Shown piece after piece: positions 40,372-54,627 of a DNA stretch of 64,000 nt. The notes beneath the pieces are model-generated. The model was not told where the DNA came from and searched no databases. It was given only the letters and a program-made list of their open reading frames with translations. How positions within the stretch are numbered: the stretch's first letter is position 1; the number at the start of each line of letters is the position of its first letter. Both the position numbers and the translations under genes were made by a program. The stretch is from NCBI RefSeq assembly GCF_009914755.1, contig NC_060948.1, one strand, 5' to 3'. This stretch comes from the human T2T-CHM13v2.0 reference genome, Homo sapiens.

Positions 40372-43300
40372 GGCCTGGAATAAAGTGGAATGCTACGGTC
40401 TCGAATGGAATAAAAATGTATGGAATGGAATGCAATGAAACGGAATCGAATGTCATAGAATGTAATGGAATGCAAAAAAATGGAATCCAAAATCATTGAC
40501 TGGAAAGGCTGGGTGTCGAAAGGAATTGACTCCAATGGAATGGAATCGAATGGAATGGAAGTGAATAGAATCGAACTAAATCGAATGGAATGGAATTGAT
40601 AGGAACGGAATGGAAAGGAATGCAATGATTTGGCATGGAATGGAATCGAATGGCATCGAATGGAATGGAATGGAATGCAATGGAATGGAATGTATTAGAA
40701 TGTAATGAACTTTAATGGAATGTACTCGAATGGATTCGACTGGAATGGAATGTTCTGGAAGTGAATGGACTCCAATGGAATGGATTCCAAAGGAATGGAA
40801 TCGTACGGAATGGAATCTAATGGAATGGAATTAAATGGAAATGAATCAAATTGAATAGCACGGAATTGAATTGAATGGAATGGAATGCAATGGAATCTAA
40901 TGAAACGGAAAGGAAAGGAATGGAATGGAATGGAATGGGCTGGAATGGAAAGGAATCGAAACGAATGGAATGGAATCGAACTGAAGAGACTGGAATGGAA
41001 TGCACTGGAATGGAAGGGAGTGTAATGGAAGGTTGTCGAAAAAAATGGAATCGAATGGAATGGAATTGAATGGAACGGAATAGAGTCGAATGGAATTGAA
41101 TGGAATGGAATGGACTAGAGTGAAATGGAATCGAACCACAAGGAATGGACAGGAATAGAATGGTCTCGAATTGAATGGAATCGTATGGAATGGCATCAAA
41201 CGGAATGTAATGGACAGCCACGGAATGGAATGCACTCGAATGCAATGGAGTCGAAACTAATGGACTGGAATAGAATGGACTCGACTGGTACGGACTGCAA
41301 TGGAATGGAATCGAATGGAAGGGAATCGAACGGAATGGACTCAAAGGGAAAAGACTGCAATGGAAAGGTCTCGAATGGAATGGAAATTAATGGAATGGAA
41401 TGGAATCGAAAGAAATGGAGTCAAAAGGAATGGAATCGAATGGCAAGAAATCGAATGTAATGGAATCGCAAGGAATTGATGTGAACGGAACGGAATGGAA
41501 TGGAATCCAAAGGAATGGAATGGAATGGAATGGAATCGAATGGAAAGGACTCGAATGGAAATCACTCGAATAGAATGCAATTTAATAAAATAGGATCAAA
41601 TGTAATGGAATGGAATGGAAAGGAATCGAAACGAAAGGAATGGAGACAGATGGAATGGAATGGAACAGAGAGCAATGGTATAGAATGGAATGGAATCATC
41701 TGGAATGGAATTGAATGGAATGGAATAATATGAAATGGAATGGAATGGAATGGAATGGAATGCCCTTGAATTAAATGGACTGGAATGGAATGGACTCGAA
41801 CAGAGTGGAATGGAAAGTGTTGAGATAGAATGGAATGGACTCCTTTGGAATGGTCTAGTATGCAATGCAATCGACTGGTAGGGAATCAAAAGGAATGTAA
41901 TCGAATGGATTGGACTGGAATGCAATGGACTCGAATAGATTGGAAACGGAATGCAAAGGAATGGAATGGAATAGTATGCAATGGAATGGAAAGGAATGGA
42001 GTGGAATAGACTAGAGTGGAATGGAATGGACTGGAAAGCAATAGACTGGAATGGAACTTTCTTGAATGGACTGGAATCAAACGGAATGGAATGCAATGCA
42101 ATCAAATGGCATGGAATAAAATAGAATGAAAGAGAATCAAATGGAATTGAATCGAATGGAATCGAATGGATTGGAAAGGAATAGAATGGAATGGAATGGA
42201 ATTGACTCAAATGGAATGGACTAGAATGGAATGGATTCGAATGGAAGGCAAAGGAATGGAATCTATTGGAATGGACTGTAATGGAATGGAATGGAAGGGA
42301 TTGGAATGGACTCGAATGGAATGGACTGCAATAGAAAGGATTCGAATGGAATGAAAAAGAATTGAATGGAATAGAACAGAATGGAATCAAATCGAATGAA
42401 ATGGAATGGAATAGAAAGGAATGGAATGAAATGGAATGGAAAGGATTCGAATGGAATGCAATCGAATGGAATGGAATCGAACGGAATGGAATAAAATGGA
42501 AGAAAACTGGCAAGAAATGGAATCGAAATGAATGGAGTGTTATGGAACGGACTCAAAAGGAATTGAATGTAATAGAATGGAGTGGAGTGGACTCGAATAT
42601 AATGGACTGGAATGGAATGAAATCACATGGAATGGGAACGAATGGAATGGAATGGAAAGGAATGGAATCGAATGGAAAGGAATCGAATGGAAGGGAATGA
42701 AATTGAATCAACAGGAATGGAAGGGAATAGAATAGACGGTAATGGAATGGACTCGAATAGAATGGACACGAATGCTCAAATTGAATGGACTCGAATGGAA
42801 TGGAAACGAAAGGAATGTCATCGAATGGAATTGAATCGATTGGAATGAAATCGCATAGAATGGAGTGGAATCAAATGGAATTGAATCGAAAGGAAAGGAA
42901 GCGAATGGACTGAAATGAAATGGAATGGAATTGAATGGAAAGTAATGCAATGGAATAGAATGGAACGAAATTTCACGGAATGGAATCAAACTGAATGGAA
43001 TCAAATCAATGGAATCAAATCAAATGGAATGGAAAGGAATTGAATGGAGTAGAATGGATTGGATGGGATTGGAATGAAATGTACTGGAAAGGACTCGAAT
43101 TTCATGAAACGGAATGGAATGAATTGGAACGGAATGGACTCGAATGGAATGGAATGTCATGGAATGGCATCAAATGGAATGGCATCAAATGGAATGGAAT
43201 CGAATGCAATGGAATGTTATGGAATGGAATGGAATGCATTGGAATGGAATGTCCTCTAATGGAATGGATTCGAGTGGAATGGAATCGAATATAATGGAGT

Positions 43301-43930
43301 CGAATGAAATGGAATTGAAAGGAATGGGATCGAATAGAATGGAATATACTGGAATGTAATGTAATGAACTCGAATGTAATTGACTGGAATGGAATGTACA
43401 TGAATGGAATGTAATCGAATGGAAAGTAATCCAATGGAATAGAATCTAATGCAATAAAACCGACTCAGATAGCGTAGAATGTAATGGAATGGAGTGCAGT
43501 GCAATGGAATGGAATGGAATAGAATGCAATGGAATGGAATGGAATGGAATGGAATGGAATGGAATGGAATGGAATGGAATGGGATGGAATGGTATGGAAT
43601 GGATAGTAATGGACTGGAGTGAAATGGACTGGAAAGGAATGGACTCAAATTGAAAGGGCTCGAAAGGAATGGAGTCAAATGGAATGGTCTGGAATGGAAT
43701 GAACACGAATGTAATGCAATCCAATAGAATGGAATCGAATGGCATGGAATATAAAGAAATGGAATCGGAGAGAATGGAATTGAATGGAATGGAATTGAAT
43801 GGAATGGGAACGAATGGAGTGAAATTGTATGCAGTAGAAGGGAATAGAATGGAATGCAAGCGAATGGAAAGGAATGGATTGGAATGGAATGGAATTCATT
43901 GGAATGGAAGGGAATGCAGTGTAATGGACA
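40372..43930. repeat. DYZ1: DYZ1 unit U12, 3559 bp
   Basis: Tract n=12; 15 bp deletion near 43775. Confidence 0.93.
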
Positions 43931-46900
43931 GGCCTGGAATAAAGTGGAATGCTACGGTCTCGAATGGAATAAAAATGTATGGAATGGAATGCAATGAAAT
44001 GGAATCGAATGTCATAGAATGTAATGGAATGCAACAAAATGGAATCCAAAATCATTGACTGGAAAGGCTGGGTGTCCAAAGGAATTGACTCCAATGGAAT
44101 GGAATCGAATGGAATGGAAGTGAATAGAATCGAACTAAATCGAATGGAATGGAATTGATAGGAACGGAATGGAAAGGAATGCAATGATTTGGCATGGAAT
44201 GGAATCGAATGGCATCGAATGGAATGGAATGGAATGCAATGGAATGGAATGTATTAGAATGTAATGAACTTTAATGGAATGTACTCGAATGGATTCGACT
44301 GGAATGGAATGTTCTGGAAGTGAATGGACTCCAATGGAATGGATTCAAAAGGAATGGAATCGTACGGAATGGAATCTAATGGAATGGAATTAAATGGAAA
44401 TGAATCAAATTGAATAGCACGGAATTGAATTGAATGGAATGGAATGCAATGGAATCTAATGAAACGGAAAGGAAAGGAATGGAATGGAATGGAATGGGCT
44501 GGAATGGAAAGGAATCGAAACGAATGGAATGGAATCGAACTGAAGAGACTGGAATGGAATGCACTGGAATGGAAGGGAGTGTAATGGAAGGTTCTCGAAA
44601 AAAATGGAATCGAATGGATTGGAATTGAATGGAACGGAATAGAGTCGAATGGAATTGAATGGAATGGAATGGACTAGAGTGAAATGGAATCGAACCACAA
44701 GGAATGGACAGGAATAGAATGGTCTCGAATTGAATGGAATCGTATGGAATGGCATCAAACGGAATGGAATGGACAGCCACGGAATGGAATGCACTCGAAT
44801 GCAATGGAGTCGAAACTAATGGACTGGAATAGAATGGACTCGACTGGTACGGACTCCAATGGAATGGAATCGAATGGAAGGGAATCGAACGGAATGGACT
44901 CGAAGGGAAAAGACTGCAATGGAAAGGTCTCGAATGGAATGGAAATTAATGGAATGGAATGGAATCGAATGAAATGGAGTCAAAAGGAATGGAATCGAAT
45001 GGCAAGAAATCGAATGTAATGGAATCGCAAGGAATTGATGTGAACGGAACGGAATGGAATGGAATCCAAAGGAATGGAATAGAATGGAATGGAATCGAAT
45101 GGAAAGGACTCGAATGGAAATCACTCGAATAGAATGCAATTTAATAAAATAGGATCAAATGTAATGGAATGGAATGGAAAGGAATCGAAACGAAAGGAAT
45201 GGAGACAGATGGAATGGAATGGAACAGAGAGCAATGGTATAGAATGGAATGGAATCATCTGGAATGGAATTGAATGGAATGGAATAATATGAAATGGAAT
45301 GGAATGGAATGGAATGGAATGCCCTTGAATTAAATGGACTGGAATGGAATGGACTCGAACAGAGTGGAATGGAAAGTGTTGAGATAGAATGGAATGGACT
45401 CCTTTGGAATGGTGTAGTATGCAATGCAATCGACTGGCAGGGAATCAAAAGGAATGTAATCGAATGGATTGGACTGGAATGCAATGGACTCGAATAGATT
45501 GCAAACGGAATGCAAAGGAATGGAATGGAATAATATGGAATGGAATGGAAAGGAATGGAGTGGAATAGACTAGAGTGGAATGGAATGGACTGGAAAGAAA
45601 TGGACTGGAATGGAACTTTCTTGAATGGACTGTAATCAAACGGAATGGAATGCAATGCAATCAAATGGCATGGAATAAAATAGAATGAAAGAGAATCAAA
45701 TGGAATTGAATCGAATGGAATCGAATGGATTGTAAAGGAATAGAATGGAATGGAATGGAATTGACTCAAATGGAATGGACTAGAATGGAATGGATTCGAA
45801 TGGAAGGCAAAGGAATGGAATCTATTGGAATGGACTGTAATGGAATGGAATGGAAGGGATTGGAATGGACTCGAATGGAATGGACTGCAATAGAAAGGAT
45901 TCGAATGGAATGAAAAAGAATTGAATGGAATAGAACAGAATGGAATCAAATCGAATGAAATGGAATGGAATAGAAAGGAATGGAATGAAATGGAATGGAA
46001 AGGATTCGAATGGAATGCAATCGAATGGAATGGAATCGAACGGAATGGAATAAAATGGAAGAAAACCGGCAAGAAATGGAATCGAAAGGAATGGAGTGTT
46101 ATGGAACGGACTCAAAAGGAATTGTATGTAATAGAATGGAGTGGAGTGGACTCGAATATAATGGACTGGAATGGAATGAAATCACATGGAATGGGAACGA
46201 ATGGAATGGAATGGAAAGGAATGGAATCGAATGGAAAGGAATCGAATGGAAGGGAATAAAATTGAATCAACAGGAATGGAAGGGAATAGAATAGACGGTA
46301 ATGGAATGGACTCGAATAGAATGGACACGAATGCTCAAATTGAATGGACTCGAATGGAATGGAAACGAAAGGAATGTCATCGAATGGAATTGAATCGATT
46401 GGAATGAAATCGCATAGAATGGAGTGGAATCAAATGGAATTGAATCGAAAGGAAAGGAAGCGAATGGACTGAAATGAAATGGAATGGAATTGAATGGAAA
46501 GTAATGCAATGGAATAGAATGGAACGAAATTTCACGGAATGGAATCAAACTGAATGGAATCAAATCAATGGAATCAAATCAAATGGAATGGAAAGGAATT
46601 GAATGGAGTAGATTGGATTGGATGGGATTGGAATGATATGTACTGGAAAGGACTCGAATTTCATGAAACGGAATGGAATGAATTGGAAAGGAATGGACTC
46701 GAATGGAATGGAATGTCATGGAATGGCATCAAATGGAATGGCATCAAATGGAATGGAATCGAATGCAATGGAATGCTATGGAATGGAATGGAATGCATTG
46801 GAATGGAATGTCCTCTAATGGAATGGATTCGAGTGGAATGGAATCGAATATAATGGAGTCGAATGAAATGGAATTGAAAGGAATGGGATCGAATACAATG

Positions 46901-47489
46901 GAATATACTGGAATGTAATGTAATGAACTCGAATGTAATTGACTGGAATGGAATGTACATGAATGGAATGTAATCGAATGGAAAGTAATCCAATGGAATA
47001 GAATCTAATGCAATAAAATCGACTCAGATAGAGTAGAATGTAATAGAATGGAGTGCAGTGCAATGTAATGGAATGGAATGGAATGCAATGGAATGGAATG
47101 GAATGGAATGGAATGGAATGGAATGGGATGGAATGGTATGGAATGGATAGTAATGGACTGGAGTGAAATGGACTGGAAAGGAATGGACTCAAATTGAAAG
47201 GTCTCGAAAGGAATGGATTCAAATGGAATGGTCTGGAATGGAATGAACACGAATGTAATGCAATCCAATAGAATGGAATCGAATGGCATGGAATATAAAG
47301 AAATGGAATCGAAGAGAATGGAAACAAATGGAATGGAATTGAATGGAATGGAATTGAATGGAATGGGAACGAATGGAGTGAAATTGTATGCAGTAGAAGG
47401 GAATAGAATGGAATGCAAGCGAAAGGAAAGGAATGGATTGGAATGGAATGGAATTCATTGGAATGGAAGGGAATGTAGTGTAATGGACA
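43931..47489. repeat. DYZ1: DYZ1 unit U13, 3559 bp
   Basis: Anchor to anchor; tract n=9. Confidence 0.93.
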
Positions 47490-50400
47490 GGCCTGGAATA
47501 AAGTGGAATGCTACGGTCTCGAATGGAATAAAAATGTATGGAATGGAATGCAATGAAACGGAATCGAATGTCATAGAATGTAATGGAATGCAAAAAAATG
47601 GAATCCAAAATCATTGACTGGAAAGGCTGGGTGTCGAAAGGAATTGACTCCAATGGAATGGAATCGAATGGAATGGAAGTGAATAGAATCGAACTAAATC
47701 GAATGGAATGGAATTGATAGGAACGGAATGGAAAGGAATGCAATGATTTGGCATGGAATGGAATCGAATGGCATCGAATGGAATGGAATGGAATGCAATG
47801 GAATGGAATGTATTAGAATGTAATGAACTTTAATGGAATGTACTCGAATGGATTCGACTGGAATGGAATGTTCTGGAAGTGAATGGACTCCAATGGAATG
47901 GATTCAAAAGGAATGGAATCGTACGGAATGGAATCTAATGGAATGGAATTAAATGGAAATGAATCAAATTGAATAGCATGGAATTGAATTGAATGGAATG
48001 GAATGCAATGGAATCTAATGAAACGGAAAGGAAAGGAATGGAATGGAATGGAATGGGCTGGAATGGAAAGGAATCGAAACGAATGGAATGGAATCGAACT
48101 GAAGAGACTGGAATGGAATGCACTGGAATGGAAGGGAGTGTAATGGAAGGTTCTCGAAAATAATGGAATGGAATGGAATGGAATTGAATGGAACGGAATA
48201 GAGTCGAATGGAATTGAATGGAATGGAATGGACTAGAGTGAAATGGAATCGAACCACAAGGAATGGACAGGAATAGAATGGTCTCGAATTGAATGGAATC
48301 GTATGGAATGGCATCAAACGGAATGGAATGGACAGCCACTGAATGGAATGCACTCGAATGCAATGGAGTCGAAACTAATGGACTGGAATAGAATGGACTC
48401 GACTGGTACGGACTCCAATGGAATGGAATCGAATGGAAGGGAATCGAACGGAATGGACTCGAAGGGAAAAGACTGCAATGGAAAGGTCTCGAATGGAATG
48501 GAAATTAATGGAATGGAATGGAATCGAATGAAATGGAGTCAAAAGGAATGGAATCGAATGGCAAGAAATCGAATGTAATGGAATCGCAAGGAATTGATGT
48601 GAACGGAACGGAATGGAATGGAATCCAAAGGAATGGAATAGAATGGAATGGAATCGAATGGAAAGGACTCGAATGGAAATCACTCGAATAGAATGCAATT
48701 TAATAAAATAGGATCAAATGTAATGGAATGGAATGGAAAGGAATCGAAACGAAAGGAATGGAGACAGATGGAATGGAATGGAACAGAGAGCAATGGTATA
48801 GAATGGAATGGAATCATCTGGAATGGAATTGAATGGAATGGAATAATATGAAATGGAATGGAATGGAATGGAATGGAATGCCCTTGAATTAAATGGACTG
48901 GAATGGAATGGACTCAAACAGAGTGGAATGGAAAGTGTTGAGATAGAATGGAATGGACTCCTTTGGAATGGTGTAGTATGCAATGCAATCGACTGGCAGG
49001 GAATCAAAAGGAATGTAATGGAATGGACTGGACTGGAATGCAATGGACTCGAATAGATTGGAAACGGAATGCAAAGGAATGGAATGGAATAGTATGGAAT
49101 GGAATGGAAAGGAATGGAGTGGAATAGACTAGAGTGGAATGGAATGGACTGGAAAGCAATGGACTGGCATGGATCTTTCTTGAATGGACTGGAATCAAAC
49201 GGAATGGAATGCAATGCAATCAAAAGGCATGGAATAAAATAGAATGAAAGAGAATCAAATGGAATTGAATCGAATGGAATCGAATGGATTGGAAAGGAAT
49301 AGAATGGAATGGAATGGAATTGACTCAAATGGAATGGACTAGAATGGAATGGATTCGAATGGAAGGCAAAGGAATGGAATCTATTGGAATGGACTGTAAT
49401 GGAATGGAATGGAAGGGATTGGAATGGACTCGAATGGAATGGACTGCAATAGAAAGGATTCGAATGGAATGAAAAAGAATTGAATGGAATAGAACAGAAT
49501 GGAATCAAATCGAATGAAATGGAATGGAATAGAAAGGAATGGAATGAAATGGAATGGAAAGGATTCGAATGGAATGCAATCGAATGGAATGGAATCGAAC
49601 GGAATGGAATAAAATGGAAGAAAACTGGCAAGAAATGGAATCGAAATGAATGGAGTGTTATGGAATGGACTCAAAAGGAATTGAATGTAATAGAATGGAG
49701 TGGAGTGGACTCGAATATAATGGACTGGAATGGAATGAAATCACATGGAATGGGAACGAATGGAATGGAATGGAAAGGAATGGAATCGAATGGAAAGGAA
49801 TCGAATGGAAGGGAATGAAATTGAATCAACAGGAATGGAAGGGAACAGAATAGACGGCAATGGAATGGACTCGAATAGAATGGACACGAATGCTCAAATT
49901 GAATGGACTCGAATGGAATGGAAACGAAAGGAATGTCATCGAATGGAATTGAATCGATTGGAATGAAATCGCATAGAATGGAGTGGAATCAAATGGAATT
50001 GAATCGAAAGGAAAGGAAGCGAATGGACTGAAATGAAATGGAATGGAATTGAATGGAAAGTAATGCAATGGAATAGAATGGAACGAAATTTCACGGAATG
50101 GAATCAAACTGAATGGAATCAAATCAATGGAATCTAATCAAATGGAATGGAAAGGAATTGAATGGAGTAGATTGGATTGGATGGGATTGGAATGAAATGT
50201 ACTGGAAAGGACTCGAATTTCATGAAACGGAATGGAATGAATTGGAACGGAATGGACTCGAATGGAATGGAATGTCATGGAATGGCATCAAATGGAATGG
50301 CATCAAATGGAATGGAATCGAATGCAATGGAATGGTATGGAATGGAATGGAATGCAATGGAATGGAATGTCCTCTAATGGAATGGATTCGAGTGGAATGG

Positions 50401-51063
50401 AATCGAATATAATGGAGTCGAATGAAATGGAATTGAAAGGAATGGGATCGAATACAATGGAATATACTGGAATGTAATGTAATGAACTCGAATGTAATTG
50501 ACTGGAATGGAATGTACATGAATGGAATGTAATCGAATGGAAAGTAATCCAATGGAATAGAATCTAATGTAATAAAATCGACTCAGATAGAGTAGAATGT
50601 AATGGAATGGAGTGCAGTGCAATGCAATGGAATGGAATGGAATGCAATGGAATGGAATGGAATGGAATGGAATGGAATGGAATGGAATGGAATGGAATGG
50701 GATGGAATGGTATGGAATGGATAGTAATGGACTGGAGTGAAATGGACTGGAAAGGAATGGACTCAAATTGAAAGGGCTCGAAAGGAATGGATTCAAATGG
50801 AATGGTCTGTAATGGAATGAACACGAAAGTAATGCAATCCAATAGAATGGAATCGAATGGCATGGAATATAAAGAAATGGAATCGAAGAGAATGGAAACA
50901 AATGGAATGGAATTGAATGGAATGGAATTGAATGGAATGGGAACGAATGGAGTGAAATTGTATGCAGTAGAAGGGAATAGAATGGAATGCAAGCGAAAGG
51001 AAAGGAATGGATTGGAATGGAATGGAATTCATTGGAATGGAAGGGAATGTAGTGTAATGGACA
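47490..51063. repeat. DYZ1: DYZ1 unit U14, 3574 bp
   Basis: Anchor to anchor; tract n=12. Confidence 0.93.
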
Positions 51064-54000
51064 GGCCTGGAATAAAGTGGAATGCTACGGTCTCGAATGG
51101 AATAAAAATGTATGGAATGGAATGCAATGAAACGGAATCGAATGTCATAGAATGTAATGGAATGCAAAAAAATGGAATCCAAAATCATTGACTGGAAAGG
51201 CTGGGTGTCGAAAGGAATTGACTCCAATGGAATGGAATCGAATGGAATGGAAGTGAATAGAATCGAACTAAATCGAATGGAATGGAATTGATAGGAACGG
51301 AATGGAAAGGAATGCAATGATTTGGCATGGAATGGAATCGAATGACATCGAATGGAATGGAATGGAATGCAATGGAATGGAATGTATTAGAATGTAATGA
51401 ACTTTAATGGAATGTACTCGAATGGATTCGACTGGAATGGAATGTTCTGGAAGTGAATGGACTCCAATGGAATGGATTCAAAAGGAATGGAATCGTACGG
51501 AATGGAATCTAATGGAATGGAATTAAATGGAAATGAATCAAATTGAATAGCACGGAATTGAATTGAATGGAATGGAATGCAATGGAATCTAATGAAACGG
51601 AAAGGAAAGGAATGGAATGGAATGGAATGGGCTGGAATGGAAAGGAATCGAAACGAATGGAATGGAATCGAACTGAAGAGACTGGAATGGAATGCACTGG
51701 AATGGAAGGGAGTGTAATGGAAGGTTCTCGAAAAAAATGGAATGGAATGGAATGGAATTGAATGGAACGGAATAGAGTCGAATGGAATTGAATGGAATGG
51801 AATGGACTAGAGTGAAATGGAATCGAACCACAAGGAATGGACAGGAATAGAATGGTCTCGAATTGAATGGAATCGTATGGAATGGCATCAAACGGAATGG
51901 AATGGACAGCCACTGAATGGAATGCACTCGAATGCAATGGAGTCGAAACTAATGGACTGGAATAGAATGGACTCGACTGGTACGGACTCCAATGGAATGG
52001 AGTCGAATGGAAGGGAATCGAACGGAATGGACTCGAAGGGAAAAGACTGCAATGGAAAGGTCTCGAATGGAATGGAAATTAATGGAATGGAATGGAATCG
52101 AATGAAATGGAGTCAAAAGGAATGGAATCGAATGGCAAGAAATCGAATGTAATGGAATCGCAAGGAATTGATGTGAACGGAACGGAATGGAATGGAATCC
52201 AAAGGAATGGAATAGAATGGAATGGAATCGAATGGAAAGGACTCGAATGGAAATCACTCGAATAGAATGCAATTTAATAAAATAGGATCAAATGTAATGG
52301 AATGGAATGGAAAGGAATCGAAACGAAAGGAATGGAGACAGATGGAATGGAATGGAACAGAGAGCAATGGTATAGAATGGAATGGAATCATCTGGAATGG
52401 AATTGAATGGAATGGAATAATATGAAATGGAATGGAATGGAATGGAATGGAATGGAATGCCCTTGAATTAAATGGACTGGAATGGAATGGACTCGAACAG
52501 AGTGGAATGGAAAGTGTTGAGATAGAATGGAATGGACTCCTTTGGAATGGTGTAGTATGCAATGCAATCGACTGGCAGGGAATCAAAAGGAATGTAATGG
52601 AATGGACTGGACTGGAATGCAATGGACTCGAATAGATTGGAAACGGAATGCAAAGGAATGGAATGGAATAGTATGGAATGGAATGGAAAGGAATGGAGTG
52701 GAATAGACTAGAGTGGAATGGAATGGACTGGAAAGCAATGGACTGGAATGGATCTTTCTTGAATGGACTGGAATCAAACGGAATGGAATGCAATGCAATC
52801 AAATGGCATGGAATAAAATAGAATGAAAGAGAATCAAATGGAATTGAATCGAATGGAATCGAATGGATTGGAAAGGAATAGAATGGAATGGAATGGAATT
52901 GACTCACATGGAATGTACTAGAATGGAATGGATTCGAATGGAAAGCAAAGGAATGGAATCTATTGGAATGGACTGTAATGGAATGGAATGGAAGGGATTG
53001 GAATGGACTCGAATGGAATGGACTGCAATAGAAAGGATTCGAATGGAATGAAAAAGAATTGAATGGAATAGAACAGAATGGAATCAAATCGAATGAAATG
53101 GAATGGAATAGAAAGGAATGGAATGAAATGGAATGGAAAGGATTCGAATGGAATGCAATCGAATGGAATGGAATCGAACGGAATGGAATAAAATGGAAGA
53201 AAACTGGCAAGAAATGGAATCGAAATGAATGGAGTGTTATGGAATGGACTCAAAAGGAATTGAATGTAATAGAATGGAGTGGAGTGGACTCGAATATAAT
53301 GGACTGGAATGGAATGAAATCACATGGAATGGGAACGAATGGAATGGAATGGAAAGGAATGGAATCGAATGGAAAGGAATCGAATGGAAGGGAATGAAAT
53401 TGAATCAACAGGAATGGAAGGGAATAGAATAGACGGCAATGGAATGGACTCGAATAGAATGGACACGAATGCTCAAATTGAATGGACTCGAATGGAATGG
53501 AAACGAAAGGAATGTCATCGAATGGAATTGAATCGATTGGAATGAAATCGCATAGAATGGAGTGGAATCAAATGGAATTGAATCGAAAGGAAAGGAAGCG
53601 AATGGACTGAAATGAAATGGAATGGAATTGAATGGAAAGTAATGCAATGGAATAGAATGGAACGAAATTTCACGGAATGGAATCAAACTGAATGGAATCA
53701 AATCAATGGAATCTAATCAAATGGAATGGAAAGGAATTGAATGGAGTAGATTGGATTGGATGGGATTGGAATGAAATGTACTGGAAAGGACTCGAATTTC
53801 ATGAAACGGAATGGAATGAATTGGAACGGAATGGACTCGAATGGAATGGAATGTCATGGAATGGCATCAAATGGAATGGCATCAAATGGAATGGAATCGA
53901 ATGCAATGGAATGCTATGGAATGGAATGGAATGCATTGGAATGGAATGTCCTCTAATGGAATGGATTCGAGTGGAATGGAATCGAATATAATGGAGTCGA

Positions 54001-54627
54001 ATGAAATGGAATTGAAAGGAATGGGATCGAATACAATGGAATATACTGGAATGTAATGTAATGAACTCGAATGTAATTGACTGGAATGGAATGTACATGA
54101 ATGGAATGTAATCGAATGGAAAGTAATCCAATGGAATAGAATCTAATGCAATAAAACCGACTCAGATAGAGTAGAATGTAATGGAATGGAGTGCAGTGCA
54201 ATGGAATGGAATGGAATTGAATGCAATGGAATGGAATGGAATGGAATGGAATGGAATGGAATGGGATGGAATGGTATGGAATGGATAGTAATGGACTGGA
54301 GTGAAATGGACTGGAAAGGAATGGACTCAAATTGAAAGGGCTCGAAAGGAATGGAGTCAAATGGAATGGTCTGGAATGGAATGAACACGAATGTAATGCA
54401 ATCCAATAGAATGGAATCGAATGGCATGAAATATAAAGAAATGGAATCGAAGAGAATGGAAACAAATGGAATGGAATTGAATGGAATGGAATTGAATGGA
54501 ATGGGAACGAATGGAGTGAAATTGTATGCAGTAGAAGGGAATAGAATGGAATGCAAGCGAAAGGAAAGGAATGGATTGGAATGGAATGGAATTCATTGGA
54601 ATGGAAGGGAATGTAGTGTAATGGACA
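51064..54627. repeat. DYZ1: DYZ1 unit U15, 3564 bp
   Basis: Tract n=9; one extra GGAAT in the run at 52429-52458. Confidence 0.93.
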
